From Prasinococcaceae sp. CCMP 1430 (lineage: Eukaryota > Plantae > Prasinodermophyta): a stretch of DNA of 59,805 nucleotides. A program made the position numbers and the translations under genes. The notes below the pieces were generated by a model, which was not told the DNA's origin, searched no databases, and was given only the letters and a program-made list of their open reading frames with translations. Positions within the stretch are counted from its first letter, which is position 1. Every line of letters starts with the position of its first letter. This document shows, piece after piece, positions 1-10,600 of the stretch. The stretch covers positions 86,836 to 146,640 of the forward strand of contig RQSC01000010.1 of the NCBI GenBank assembly GCA_013416795.1, written 5' to 3'.

Positions 1-1
1 C

Positions 2-636
2 GCGCGCCCGGTCGCCCGCCGCGCGGCGACCAAGGCGCTCGCTGGCCCGCAGGAGGTCGCCGAGGTGTCCGGTACGTGGGCGCGCCGAGCGCCGGTCGCG
101 CCAATTAGGGTGGGCGGCGGGAGTGGATTGGGTCGACGTTGCGGAAGGGGAAGTTAGGCTAGGACGCCGTTGCGCCCGTGCGATCGCGACGCGCGCGTTC
201 GCCTACGGAGAGCGCGTGCGGTGGCGCGCCTTGGCGCTCCGTGGCGCGCGCCGCGCAAGCGTGCGCTCCGAACAGTGTGCGGCTTGCGTCTGAGCTGTGA
301 GGCGCACGAGCCGTCCAGCCGGGCGAATGCCTTGTCGCCGCCTGCGCCCCTGCGCGAGCGCCTGCGCCCCTGCGCGAGCGCCCTCCTCCGAGGCGCGACG
401 CGCACTAGCCTTGCGCACCCTGTTCTTCCCCTGCGTGCTGACCGACGCCCTTGGCGCGTTTGTGCCACTCTCTCGGATGCCCTGAAGCGGCCATCACCTC
501 CGAGATCACGTGGGTGGCGATGGGCGTGACCTGGGGCGCGCTTCTGCTGATCTTCGCGCCGCTGTCCGCCGGCACCTTCAACCCCCTCGCGATTCCGGGC
601 AAGCTCGGCCTCTTCCCCACGGATGACGACGAGTAA
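2..636 (+). CDS. 5'-truncated small single-TM protein, probably plastid/thylakoid-targeted (2 exons seen)
   Basis: Exon <2-71, intron 72-487 (GTACGT...GCTGAC...AAG), exon 488-636 join in frame: ARPVARRAATKALAGPQEVAEVS|AAITSEITWVAMGVTWGALLLIFAPLSAGTFNPLAIPGKLGLFPTDDDE*. Transit-peptide-like Arg/Ala N-terminus plus one hydrophobic helix. Family not recognised. Confidence 0.6.
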
Positions 637-842
637 GTTGCACACTGCTCGGAGATTGTGCCGCTCTGCGGCCACCGGGTACGAGCTCTGTAAGAAAGCC
701 AAGTGTAGCCTCCGGCGATGCGCCCCGAACCCACGAGGTGGTCGAATGGGCACCCTCTTGGGTGCAGTTGTTCGCATGCGCGCACGACGCGCTGGGCGGG
801 CTGTACAAAGAAAGTTACAGGAATACACACATACAAAGGCAG

Positions 843-3800
843 TCACGCGCCGGCCTCGACCCCGTGGCTGCGTGGCTGGTCGCCTCCGCGCGCGTCTCCG
901 CTCCACGTCCGATGGCGGCAGATCTCCTGCGTCACTCCCACGCGATGGCGCACCGACCACTTGGCGGCCGCGCGCTCCCGACCTCGGCCGCCTCGCGTGA
1001 GGCACAGGAAGGGGGCGCCACCGGCGTCGCCCGATGCCCTGGGCGCATCGGACGGTGGGTCGCACACTCCAGCGGCGATGCCCACGGCCTCAGCCGCCCG
1101 ACCGTCCTCGCCTGCGAGCTCGCGGAGCGCCACCTCCAGATCCGTGTGCGGCAATGAGGCGCGCTCGAAGTGCGCCGCACCCACACCTACACAATCGGCG
1201 CCGCGCGCGACACTGCCGACCGTCGCCACCGCCGCGGCGGCGCACGTGAGAGACGCGGCCACCTTCGCCTCCGACGCGGCGTCGCCGTCGGCCGCGAGCG
1301 CCTGCCGCCACCTTGTTGGGTCATCGCCCATCGCCACACGCTCGTCGACAGCTAACGGCAGCACTGACGCGATTGCGCCGGATGCGGCCGCCTCCTCGCC
1401 GACCGCAGAGCCGAACGCAGAGAGGCTCAGCCACGACGAAGGTGCGCCCGCCGCACCGGCATCGACGTCGTGAGAAGACACGCCGCCGCCGCCGCCGATT
1501 TTCTCTTGTGGGGCCACTGGCCTGCGGCGCCCCGCCGCCTCCACCTGCAACGCGCGGAGCCTCGCAAGCAGGCCGCTGGGCACGTCGCCTGCAGCGTCAG
1601 CAGCGTCGCCCAGAAGATCCAGCTGTCCCCAACCAATCAGCGCGATGCGCATCTCGCGCACGAGCAGCACGTCAGTGGTGGCATCTCCGACCGAATTCTG
1701 CTGACGAGTCGCGGCGGCGGCGGCACTGGCCACGGCCGCGCGCGCGGCACGCTCAGCATCGCGCCGGTCACTCGCCCGCGCCGCACGCCTCCACGCCGCC
1801 GCTTGTGGTGACGCGCGCGCGGCCGCCAGCACGCGGATCTGCGTCGCCAGGATCGCGTGGCGCGCAGCGCCCTGCGCAGTGCTTGCCCCTCTGCCGAGAG
1901 CAGCCACGAGGGCCGCTTGCATGGACACCTCAGCGCACGCGGCGTGCACTGCGGCCGCCCTGAGCCAGCGTTCCGCGCCGGCGCGGGCATCAATCTCGCC
2001 CTCGGACCAGCACATCATGCCATCCTGCGCAGCGGCGACCACCTGTTCTACGCCCATCACGCCAGGAGCACACTCCGTTGTGATTTCTTCAGGGCCAAAT
2101 TTGCACGCCTTCATGAGCTCCACGCCAAGCGCACCCTGCCCGGCTGCAAACAAGTCGACGACCAATGCACGCGCGGTACGTGCGTCGAGCAGGCCGCCAC
2201 TGCTGCGAATGAGCTCGACAGCGTCAGTACACGATGCCGAAGAGTCTTCGAGCGCACCGTCACCCGAATCTTCCCGCGCCGCGTTGCAGCGCAGACGCAG
2301 TGCCAACTCGAGCAGCGGCGCCGCACCGCACGCAATCGCCATCGCTGGTACGTCCATGCCCCAGGCCTCGCTCGGCTCACACTCACACACAGCCCCGTGC
2401 CACAACAAGCACATATCCGCAGCCTGGGAGGCCACGAGCTCGCCAGCACGCCGAAGCATGGCCGCGCACTCCGAGGGCGCTTCCCCAGCGATCAGCCACA
2501 GCAGCGCCGCCTGCCCCCCGCGACCGTCATGAGCAGCGCGCTCTGCCTCCTCCTGGTAGAGCGTCGCCATATCGAGCCCTAGCGCGGCACCGAGCGATTC
2601 AGCGGCGTGAAGGTTCTCAGCGCGCAAAAGAGACACAAAATGCTCCACAGGAGGCACTGGCGTGGCCTCGATGCACACCACCTGCGTGTCCGTCCACACG
2701 AGCACGCTCAGACAACCGCCATCCGAGCCTGAGGGAGCGCGCGGCAGCGGAAGCAGCGCTCGTGCCTCGCGCGGGCGCACGCCAGGCAAGCGGAGGCGCT
2801 GCAGCACGAACGGTGGAGGGGGCGCGTCGTCGCTGCCGACGGCGTCGCGGCGCAGGGCATCCTTTCGGTCCACCCAAGCCTCAAACAGGGAGCCCATGGC
2901 TGGTGCGTGCACTTGGACGCGAGCGGCGACAGTGAGCGTGCTCTCCGTGGCCGCGTCGCTCGAACCGCCGTGCAGTGCGAAGAGCAAGTTGTCCACCATC
3001 GCGGTAGCACGCGTCCCAGGAGGTAGTCTGTGCTTCTCGACGGCTCTCGCGGAAGTGCGCCTCAACGTGCCTGCGGCCGCGAGCTCGTGTGCGTCGTACA
3101 CCTCGAGCAGGCAGTGGCGCGCGTCCAGGCGAGACACAAGCGCGCCGCTGCGCCCGCCGCATGGCTGCGCATCGACGCGGAGCAGTGCGGGCGACGTCGC
3201 ATTCATTGCAAGCTCGGTAGGCAATCGCAGCGCGAGGATCGTGCCACGGTCGACCTCTAGCAGGACCCTGCTCCCCTTGGCTGGCGTGGCGAGAAGGAGC
3301 ACACGGCTGCCAGCTTGCAGTGCCTCTAGAGACACGACGCGCAGGCCAGCTGGATGGGTCCATGCGGCGCGCGAAGCGCCTGCTGACACATGCACACGCC
3401 CCGCCGCTGTTCCTACCGCGACGTGGTCCCGCAGCGCGGCGACGCACGTCACGCGCTCGTGTGAGTCGCACACAGCTGGCAGCTCTTCGCACGCGGCCAT
3501 GAGCTCGTCCGCGCCGCGTGCCGCTGCTGCAACCCAGTCGCGCCCGCCGAGGGGTCGCAGCAACGCGTGCAGCGCAGCGTCGCGCGCGCCAAAGGCCCTC
3601 CCTCCCACATCCACGAAAACGAGCTCCAGCTCGGGATCGCCGGCTCCTGCGCACTCTCTGAAGGCGACACCAGCAAGCTGCGGCAGGCCGCTCCCAGAGC
3701 CCTCGCCGCCACACTGGAAAGTTGCGGCGTCCGTGCAGGCGGCGCCGCCAGCTCGCACGATGATGAGCGTCTGATCCCTCCCAACGCCACCTCCGGCGTG

Positions 3801-3932
3801 CCCCGGCGTCGTCGCCGCGCACAGCGCCGCGACGCACGCGCCATCGCCCGACCCCGCCGCAGCCACCACGACGGTCCCGGTCGCTGGCGCGAGCACCTCG
3901 CGCGCGTCGAACAGCCCTACGTTGAGCGGCAT
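843..3932 (-). CDS. Hypothetical ~1030-aa protein; beta-propeller-like N-half and helical C-half
   Basis: Long ORF with coding-like composition; first plausible ATG at 3932 (MPLNVGLFD). WD-like segments (VTCVAALRDHVAVGTAAGRVHV) followed by helical repeats. No confident family. Confidence 0.6.
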   Translation of the reverse strand: MPLNVGLFDAREVLAPATGTVVVAAAGSGDGACVAALCAATTPGHAGGGVGRDQTLIIVRAGGAACTDAATFQCGGEGSGSGLPQLAGVAFRECAGAGDPELELVFVDVGGRAFGARDAALHALLRPLGGRDWVAAAARGADELMAACEELPAVCDSHERVTCVAALRDHVAVGTAAGRVHVSAGASRAAWTHPAGLRVVSLEALQAGSRVLLLATPAKGSRVLLEVDRGTILALRLPTELAMNATSPALLRVDAQPCGGRSGALVSRLDARHCLLEVYDAHELAAAGTLRRTSARAVEKHRLPPGTRATAMVDNLLFALHGGSSDAATESTLTVAARVQVHAPAMGSLFEAWVDRKDALRRDAVGSDDAPPPPFVLQRLRLPGVRPREARALLPLPRAPSGSDGGCLSVLVWTDTQVVCIEATPVPPVEHFVSLLRAENLHAAESLGAALGLDMATLYQEEAERAAHDGRGGQAALLWLIAGEAPSECAAMLRRAGELVASQAADMCLLWHGAVCECEPSEAWGMDVPAMAIACGAAPLLELALRLRCNAAREDSGDGALEDSSASCTDAVELIRSSGGLLDARTARALVVDLFAAGQGALGVELMKACKFGPEEITTECAPGVMGVEQVVAAAQDGMMCWSEGEIDARAGAERWLRAAAVHAACAEVSMQAALVAALGRGASTAQGAARHAILATQIRVLAAARASPQAAAWRRAARASDRRDAERAARAAVASAAAAATRQQNSVGDATTDVLLVREMRIALIGWGQLDLLGDAADAAGDVPSGLLARLRALQVEAAGRRRPVAPQEKIGGGGGVSSHDVDAGAAGAPSSWLSLSAFGSAVGEEAAASGAIASVLPLAVDERVAMGDDPTRWRQALAADGDAASEAKVAASLTCAAAAVATVGSVARGADCVGVGAAHFERASLPHTDLEVALRELAGEDGRAAEAVGIAAGVCDPPSDAPRASGDAGGAPFLCLTRGGRGRERAAAKWSVRHRVGVTQEICRHRTWSGDARGGDQPRSHGVEAGA

Positions 3933-4678
3933 CGCGCGGACCGGCGCAGGCTGTGAGGCGTCTAGATATGACCAGGGGCGGCGAGCGAGGATGCGCGGGG
4001 CGGCGGGGGCGGGGCAAGGAGCTCGCAGCCCTTGCCCGCCCCGCCTCGCGCGTGCTGTGGCGCGGCGCGCCTTGCTCGTCAGACGCCGCTGGCGCTCGGC
4101 GCGCCGGACCTCGCGCGCGGCGCGCCGGACCCTCGGGTCCCGATGGAGGGTATTAAGGGTAATGCCAAAATCAGGGTTTATTTTGAAATCAAAGTGAGGT
4201 CGCCCGTGGGGGATGCATACGACCATCTCAACCCTCTTTCAAGGCCTGGCATCCTGCGGCTGCCGTCGGCCAGAGAACGCGACCGGCGACGAAAACTCGC
4301 CCCCGCTGGCGGTCGGTCGATGCACGCGCGCGCGCGCGCGCGTGCCGCGCGACGGGGTGCGCGGCGTGCTGTGCGCGCGGTGCGCGCGGGGAGCGGAGAG
4401 GGCGGGAGCGCGGGCTGGAGGGAGGTATTGGGTTCGTAGGGTGGACTGAGGCGGAGAGGGGCACGCGCGGGGGGGGGGGCGGGCGCGCGCGCGCGCGCTC
4501 GCCCCACACTCTTCTTTTCCCTCCCCTCCTCGCGTGAGGTGGCGGGGCGGGGCGGTGGGGTGCGCACCGCCCCCGTCGTGGCCTCCCGACCCTCCTTCCC
4601 CGCGCCCCCGCGCGCACGCGCGTGGCGGGGAGACGAACAGGACGTGGCGGGCTACAGTAGAGAGGCCATTCGCTCGCC

Positions 4679-7600
4679 ATGGAGCGGCTGGGCGTGGGTG
4701 CTCAGGCCGTGGGCGGTGAGACCGCCACGGCCACTGCGCCCACCGCCGCCGCCGTGAGCGTGTCGACCGTGTCGAGCGTGGATGAGGCGTTGGAGCTCGC
4801 CAAAGCCGGGCTCTCGCCGTCCCACAGCGAGCGCGCCAAGGTTGGGGCGTACCTCACGTCACTGTGCGTGGCGGGTAACCCGTGGGCAGGCGGCGCGGGT
4901 GGCGGGGTCGCTGGCAAGCGCCGCCGCGCGCCGGGGCAGCACCGTCGAGGACCGCCACGCGCGCCTCCTGGCGAGGCCAAGTCCAGCGGCGGCGCTGCGG
5001 AGGGTGCTGTTGACGCCAGCGCCGCGGGGAGCTCGCCGCGGACGCCAGCTCCTGCCACCACAGCCTCCGCGGCGGCGGAAGAATTTGCGATGCGCGTGGT
5101 CGCCGGGTGCATCGGCCGCGGAGCCTACTCAGAGACGGCACTCGCGTCTGCGCTGGAGTGGGTGCTGTGCGCGGGGTGCGGCGGCGATCCGGCGCCCGTG
5201 CTCGCGGCCATCGAGGCCAAGTGCGGCAGTGGCGGCGCGTGCGGCGCCGAATGGGGGCGCAATGACGTGGCGTATCGCTGCCGCACGTGCGAGAAGGATC
5301 CCACGTGCGCCATCTGCGTGCAGTGCTTCCTCGCGGGCGACCATGAGGGCCACGACTACATGATGATTCGGACGTCGGGGGGGTGCTGCGACTGCGGTGA
5401 TGTGGACGCATGGGAGTCGTCAGGATTCTGCAAGAAGCACCAGCTGCCGTCGAGCCAACAGGAGCTCCCGCAGCCCCTCGGTGAGCTGCTTCCGGGTGCG
5501 CTACGCGGGATCATGAAGCTGTGGGCGTGCAAGCTGCTCGAGGCTGCGACGGCCGCTAAGTCTGGCGCGGCGGCGGACGAGCAATTCCACGAGTATGTCG
5601 ACGAGGACGAGACCTCAGATTCAGATGAGGACCCGTTCGAAGGAAATCTGGAGGATGACGAGGACACGGATGACGGCATGGAAGACCTGGACGTGGTGGG
5701 TGCTGCGGCGGGCGCTGGGCTGCTCGCCGGCGAGCCGCAGATGGCGATCGATGCTGGCGGCAACGGCGGCGATGGCGATGGCAGTGGCGGCGACGATGAT
5801 AGCGAGGAGGCAGCGGACGACACCGGGAGCGATAGCGAAGGCATCGACGGCAGCGACGATGAGGCCGGCACGGAGCTCAGGCAGCTCTTCGAACAGCAAG
5901 GCCTCATGCTGCCGTCGCGCCGCGCGCCGTCGGCGGTGGAGAAGACAGTGCAGGTGATCAGCGCCACCCTGGCCAAATGGCTGCTCGGACTGTGTGGGCG
6001 GGGCACAGCACTCCTATCGGCCGTCGCCGACGCTGTCTCAGAAAAAACAATACGGATCCCTGCACAGAAGGACACCAAGGACGGCAAGGATCACAAGGAG
6101 GTGAGCATCCTTCACGTCTTTCTCGGAGTTTCAACGGCCGCGCCCGCTGGTGTCACTGGCGCCGTTCGGCCGCTGCTGTACAAGCTTATGGCGGACTCAA
6201 AGTTCAAACGGTCGTTCGCGCACGCGCTGGTGGACCATTACCCAGAGCACATGGCGGCCGCATCGGCAGACGTGCACAGCCTTCGGAGCAGCCTAAGCGC
6301 GAATTTGCTGGACGCATTTTCTGTGCAGGTGTTCACCGTCTTTAGCCTGGTTGAGGAGCTCGTGAGAGACCGCGGCTTGCTTGAGATGCTGCTTGAGACG
6401 ACTCTGAGCGTGCTGCGGCGTGGCACTACTGCACAGGGCTTGGACCTCGAGTCAGCGGCTGTGGAAAAGCGCCTGTATTCAAGGGTGGTCGAGGATCTCC
6501 GCTACGTACTCATGGCACCCGCAGTCAACGAGCTCGCGGCATCCTCGCCCAGCGTGCTGGTGCGGTGGATGGGTGTCATCGCGAGCGTGCAGGGCATAGA
6601 CGAGCACACTCGCAAGCTCGGCGCGCACGTTGAGATGGAGAGCGATGCGTGGATCGCAGCGTTCTTGCTGGAGACTCACGTCAGCCACATCTCCCCGCTG
6701 CTGTTGCAGGGCGCGAAGCGTGCACAGAAAGAGGAGCAAGCGCTCCTGTCGAGCACTCTCGTTGCGCACCTGCTGCGGTGGCTTGCACATACGGCCACAC
6801 ACAGAGCTCTTACGTCCGCTTCGGTCGTCGCGGCGCGACTGAAGCGCATGCGCAAGCAGCTGACTGGTCAGCAGGGCGGCCAGCCGCCGATGCACGAGGC
6901 TTGGAACAACTCGAATGCTGATGCTGGCGGAGTCGACGCGCCGTCGCAGCTTGAGCTGCTGCACGCTCTTGTCATGACATACGCGCCCGGCGAGGCCCTC
7001 AGCCTTGATCCAGGGGCGGTGCAGTCGTTCACAAACGTCGATGGCAGGTTGCACGGGACAGCGCCGGTCCACAGGTGCGTATGGGACCTCTTTGCCAAGC
7101 ACCCAGCAAGTGCAGAGGAGCCCATGCGCACCTTGGTGAATGCAGCCCGCGTGTTGCTCGCCGACGGTGGTGGGCCTTCCGGGGCCAATGAAACAGGTGG
7201 CGGATCGGGTGGGGCAGTCCGGACAGCAACGGCTGCGCCTGGTGATGGTGGTCAAGTGCTTTCTGGGGCGTCGAGCGGTGGGGACATTGGAGTGGGAGAG
7301 GACATCACGTCTTTTATAGATTCTCTCATCAGCAGGGCAGCTGCACTGGCTAAAACGGCAGTGGGCGCTCCTCCTGAACCTTGGGAGTCTACCGTAGCTT
7401 CAAACGCGGTGTTGGCTGCAGCAACGTACGACCCCGCAGCCATCGTGCGCCTGAACGCCGCGTGCGAGGTGGTGCAAGCACCGCGGCCGATCACGTTCAA
7501 TTTGCCCTTGCACCGTTTTCTCGCTGAGGTGTTCAAGCAGGCGCTCCGCGATGGCGGCACCGGACCAGCGCGCGCGCTGCTCCCTACGCCGTTCTGCGAC

Positions 7601-10600
7601 GATCCATCGCAGGCCGCAGCTCTTGGCTGCGCCATAGCACAGCACCCGCTCGAGCTACTGGGTGTGATTGCTGAGCAGAGAGCCGGCATGTGGCGAAGGA
7701 ACGGATTCTCGTTCGCGCAGCTGGTGGAGCTGTACTACTCAGCACAGTGGTGTGAAGGGGCGCTCGAGCTCGATCTCGCGCTTCTGCAGGTGTCTGCATG
7801 CCTGCAGGCTGTGGACTCGGAAGGCGCAGGCGTTGACGCTGGCGCCCTGGTTCGCGGGGCGGCGCGCGCATTCGGCCTTGGCGGCATGCTTGAAGGACGC
7901 GCACCGTCAGTAGAGGGCAGCAATGTGCTTGCACAAAATTTGGTCGAGCTGCTCTTGGTGCTTGGAAAGGAGCGAAGGACGACCATTGGCTACCCGAGCC
8001 CGAAGGGCGAGTGCGCGCGCACGGCCCTTCGCCGCGAGATAATCCAGCGCCTGGCAGCCGGAGATGCGACACACTCACAAGTGCAAGCGTACCTACCGCA
8101 GGCTAAGTCAGACGAGATGTCCAACATTGAGCTTGTGGAGGAGGTGCTGGCTGAGGTGGCCGATTTCGTGGAACCTCAGGGCTTGAAGCAGGGCCACTTC
8201 AAGTTGAAGAAGGATTCATGGAAGCACTACGATATGCACCATCCGCGTTGCCATCAGCGCGACTTCCAGAAGGCGGTTGAGCGGTACGCTGCTGCGACTG
8301 GCGGCGGGGTGATCGTTGCCGATCTTCTTCCAAAGTGGAGCGAACCACCTGCCCAGTGTGCGCATCTCGCCGAGATGGTATGCTGCGAAGACGTCCTCAC
8401 GCTTGTTGGAGCCTCGATGGTCGGCGCAAGTGCGGCCGTAAAAGATGCCACCGCTGCCTCCGGACGCCCGGGTGTGCTACCACTCGAGGAAGCAGCGGTT
8501 ACGGCGCTCCATCTGCTCTGCCTTGCTGGGCGGGCTGCGCAGTGGCGAGGGGGCGAGCTTGTGTCCGTGCTGTCAAGCAGGCTCGGAGATCGTCGCAAGT
8601 GGTATGGCCCAAGCACCAGTGCTAGAGTCGCGAGCGATCAGGAGCGTACAGAGTCTTGCTGGTGCCTGAGCGTCTTCGATATGCTCGCGACGCTCGCCAC
8701 GTCGGAGGGCGAGACTGGAATGTGCGCCAAAGCGGTGCTTGCCTCGCTGAACGACAGCTTGGGCACGGACGTGCAGGCGGGACGAGCTGGCACCCAGGGC
8801 GAGCCCTCAGGGGTTCAGGAAGGCGGCCCGCCTGGGGCGTCATCCGCGGCCGAGGATGCCCCGTCACCGCAGGATGATGCTGAGGCGCGGCGAGCGCTGA
8901 TGAAGGCCAAGCAGGAAGCCGCGATGGCTGCGATGCGACAGCAGCAGGAATTCTTCCTCACGCAGATGGAGGGCATGGACACGTCATCAGATGACGAAAT
9001 GGATGAGGGCGATGCTGCAGCGAAGGATGCGGCGGCCGCAGCTGCTGATGAAGGCGCTTCTGCTGCCGCAGAAGGGTGCGTGCAGGGTGCAGCTGGTACC
9101 TGCAAAAAGTCAGACAAGGACGAGGGATCGCACCCCGTGTGCCTTCTCTGCCGTGGCAGTGCGGCCACTCCCTTGTGCCGGCTCGCCCTCGCCCAGCGCA
9201 GCAGCGTGGCGCTCCACGCTGGCTTGCCGCCCCCTGTGTGGAGCCGCTCTGCCGGCAGCGACGACGAAGCGACGCAAGGTTCCGCCGGCGAGTCGAGCGC
9301 GCCCATCGGGGCTTTGCCATATGCCCATTCTGGCGAATTCGTCTCTTTGCGAAAGCGAGACTTGGCCTTGCCGGATCGGGGACAACTCAACATCCACACA
9401 ACATGTCTTCGCGGGGTGCGTGCCAGAAAGCGAGCTGTCGCTGCCGCCATGGACACACCACACTCGCACTTCGGTGCTGCGATGTCGCACGGCGCCGCCG
9501 GCTCGGGAATGGCGTCGCCCGCGACGATAGTCGGCGACCACCGACCCGAGTCGAACGTCGAGATCACGTCAATGCATGTTGGCGGTTGCGTCGTCATGTC
9601 GTGCGGACACACTTTCCACTCGGGATGCCTCGAGAGCTACTGCTCCTCGTTGCTGTCCTCCACTCCCGCAGCAGCTGCTGCAGCTGACGGCATGGAAATG
9701 GGCGAGTTTCCCTGCCCGGTGTGCCGTCGCCTGTCGAACTGCTCGCTGCCTGTAGCCTTTGGAGACAATGCGCAGAATGAGCCCCGCGCAACTGTGCCGG
9801 AAGCACCCCCTGCAGTGAACGCAAGCGATCTGGACGAAGTTCTGTCTGGTTTCGCGGATGCGCGCCAGCGACACGCCGAGGCCGTCGAGGAGGCATCCAC
9901 GAAGGTTGCACAACACGTGGCTGCTCTGAAACGCGCCGACTCATCCGAAGGCACAGAGGATCTTAGCCAGTTCCCGCCGATGCTCGCCCGTAGACGAGGA
10001 GACCTCGTCGATTCGTTGGCATCGCGGCTGTGCTGCCTCGGCAACGCCGATGCGCAGCTCGAGCCGGCTGCTGCCGCGGGGATATCGGAGATGGTCGGCC
10101 ACGGCGACGAGCGCGCGACACTAGCGCTGAAGCTCTCGCTCGAAAACTCGATCGTGGCGCTCGAGGTAGAGAGCCGCCAGGGTGATGGCAGCAAGGCCCG
10201 GGGCACGACCGAGACCGACGCGGACTCAAGCAGTGCCCGCGCTGCGCTTGCCGCTCTTGCTGAGTCCGCGCATCGCCAGGAGGAAGTGCTGCGTGTGTTG
10301 TATCGTGCGGCAGCGACGCACCGCAAGGGCAGCGAGCTCGCACGGTGTTTGAGGGAGGTCTCACTTTGCGGGGGCTTCGAGGAACTCAGCGGCGAGCACA
10401 CGATGCACCCACTCGTCCAGGCCTCGATCAATGTCCTGAACGAAGTGGCAAACTTTCTGGGACCAAACCCGCGCGGCAAGGATCCCATTTCGTCCAAATT
10501 TGGAACCGCGCGCGACGCTTTGCTGCTCGCGCGTGGCTCGTTGCTGCTCTCGCAGAGTGATAGCAACAAGGACGCACTGGCCAAGGACCCGTTTGCGGTG

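Noticed and set aside
341-380. 20-nt direct tandem duplication, CRISPR-like?
   Set aside because: Two adjacent copies with no spacer inside an intron; simple slippage duplication.
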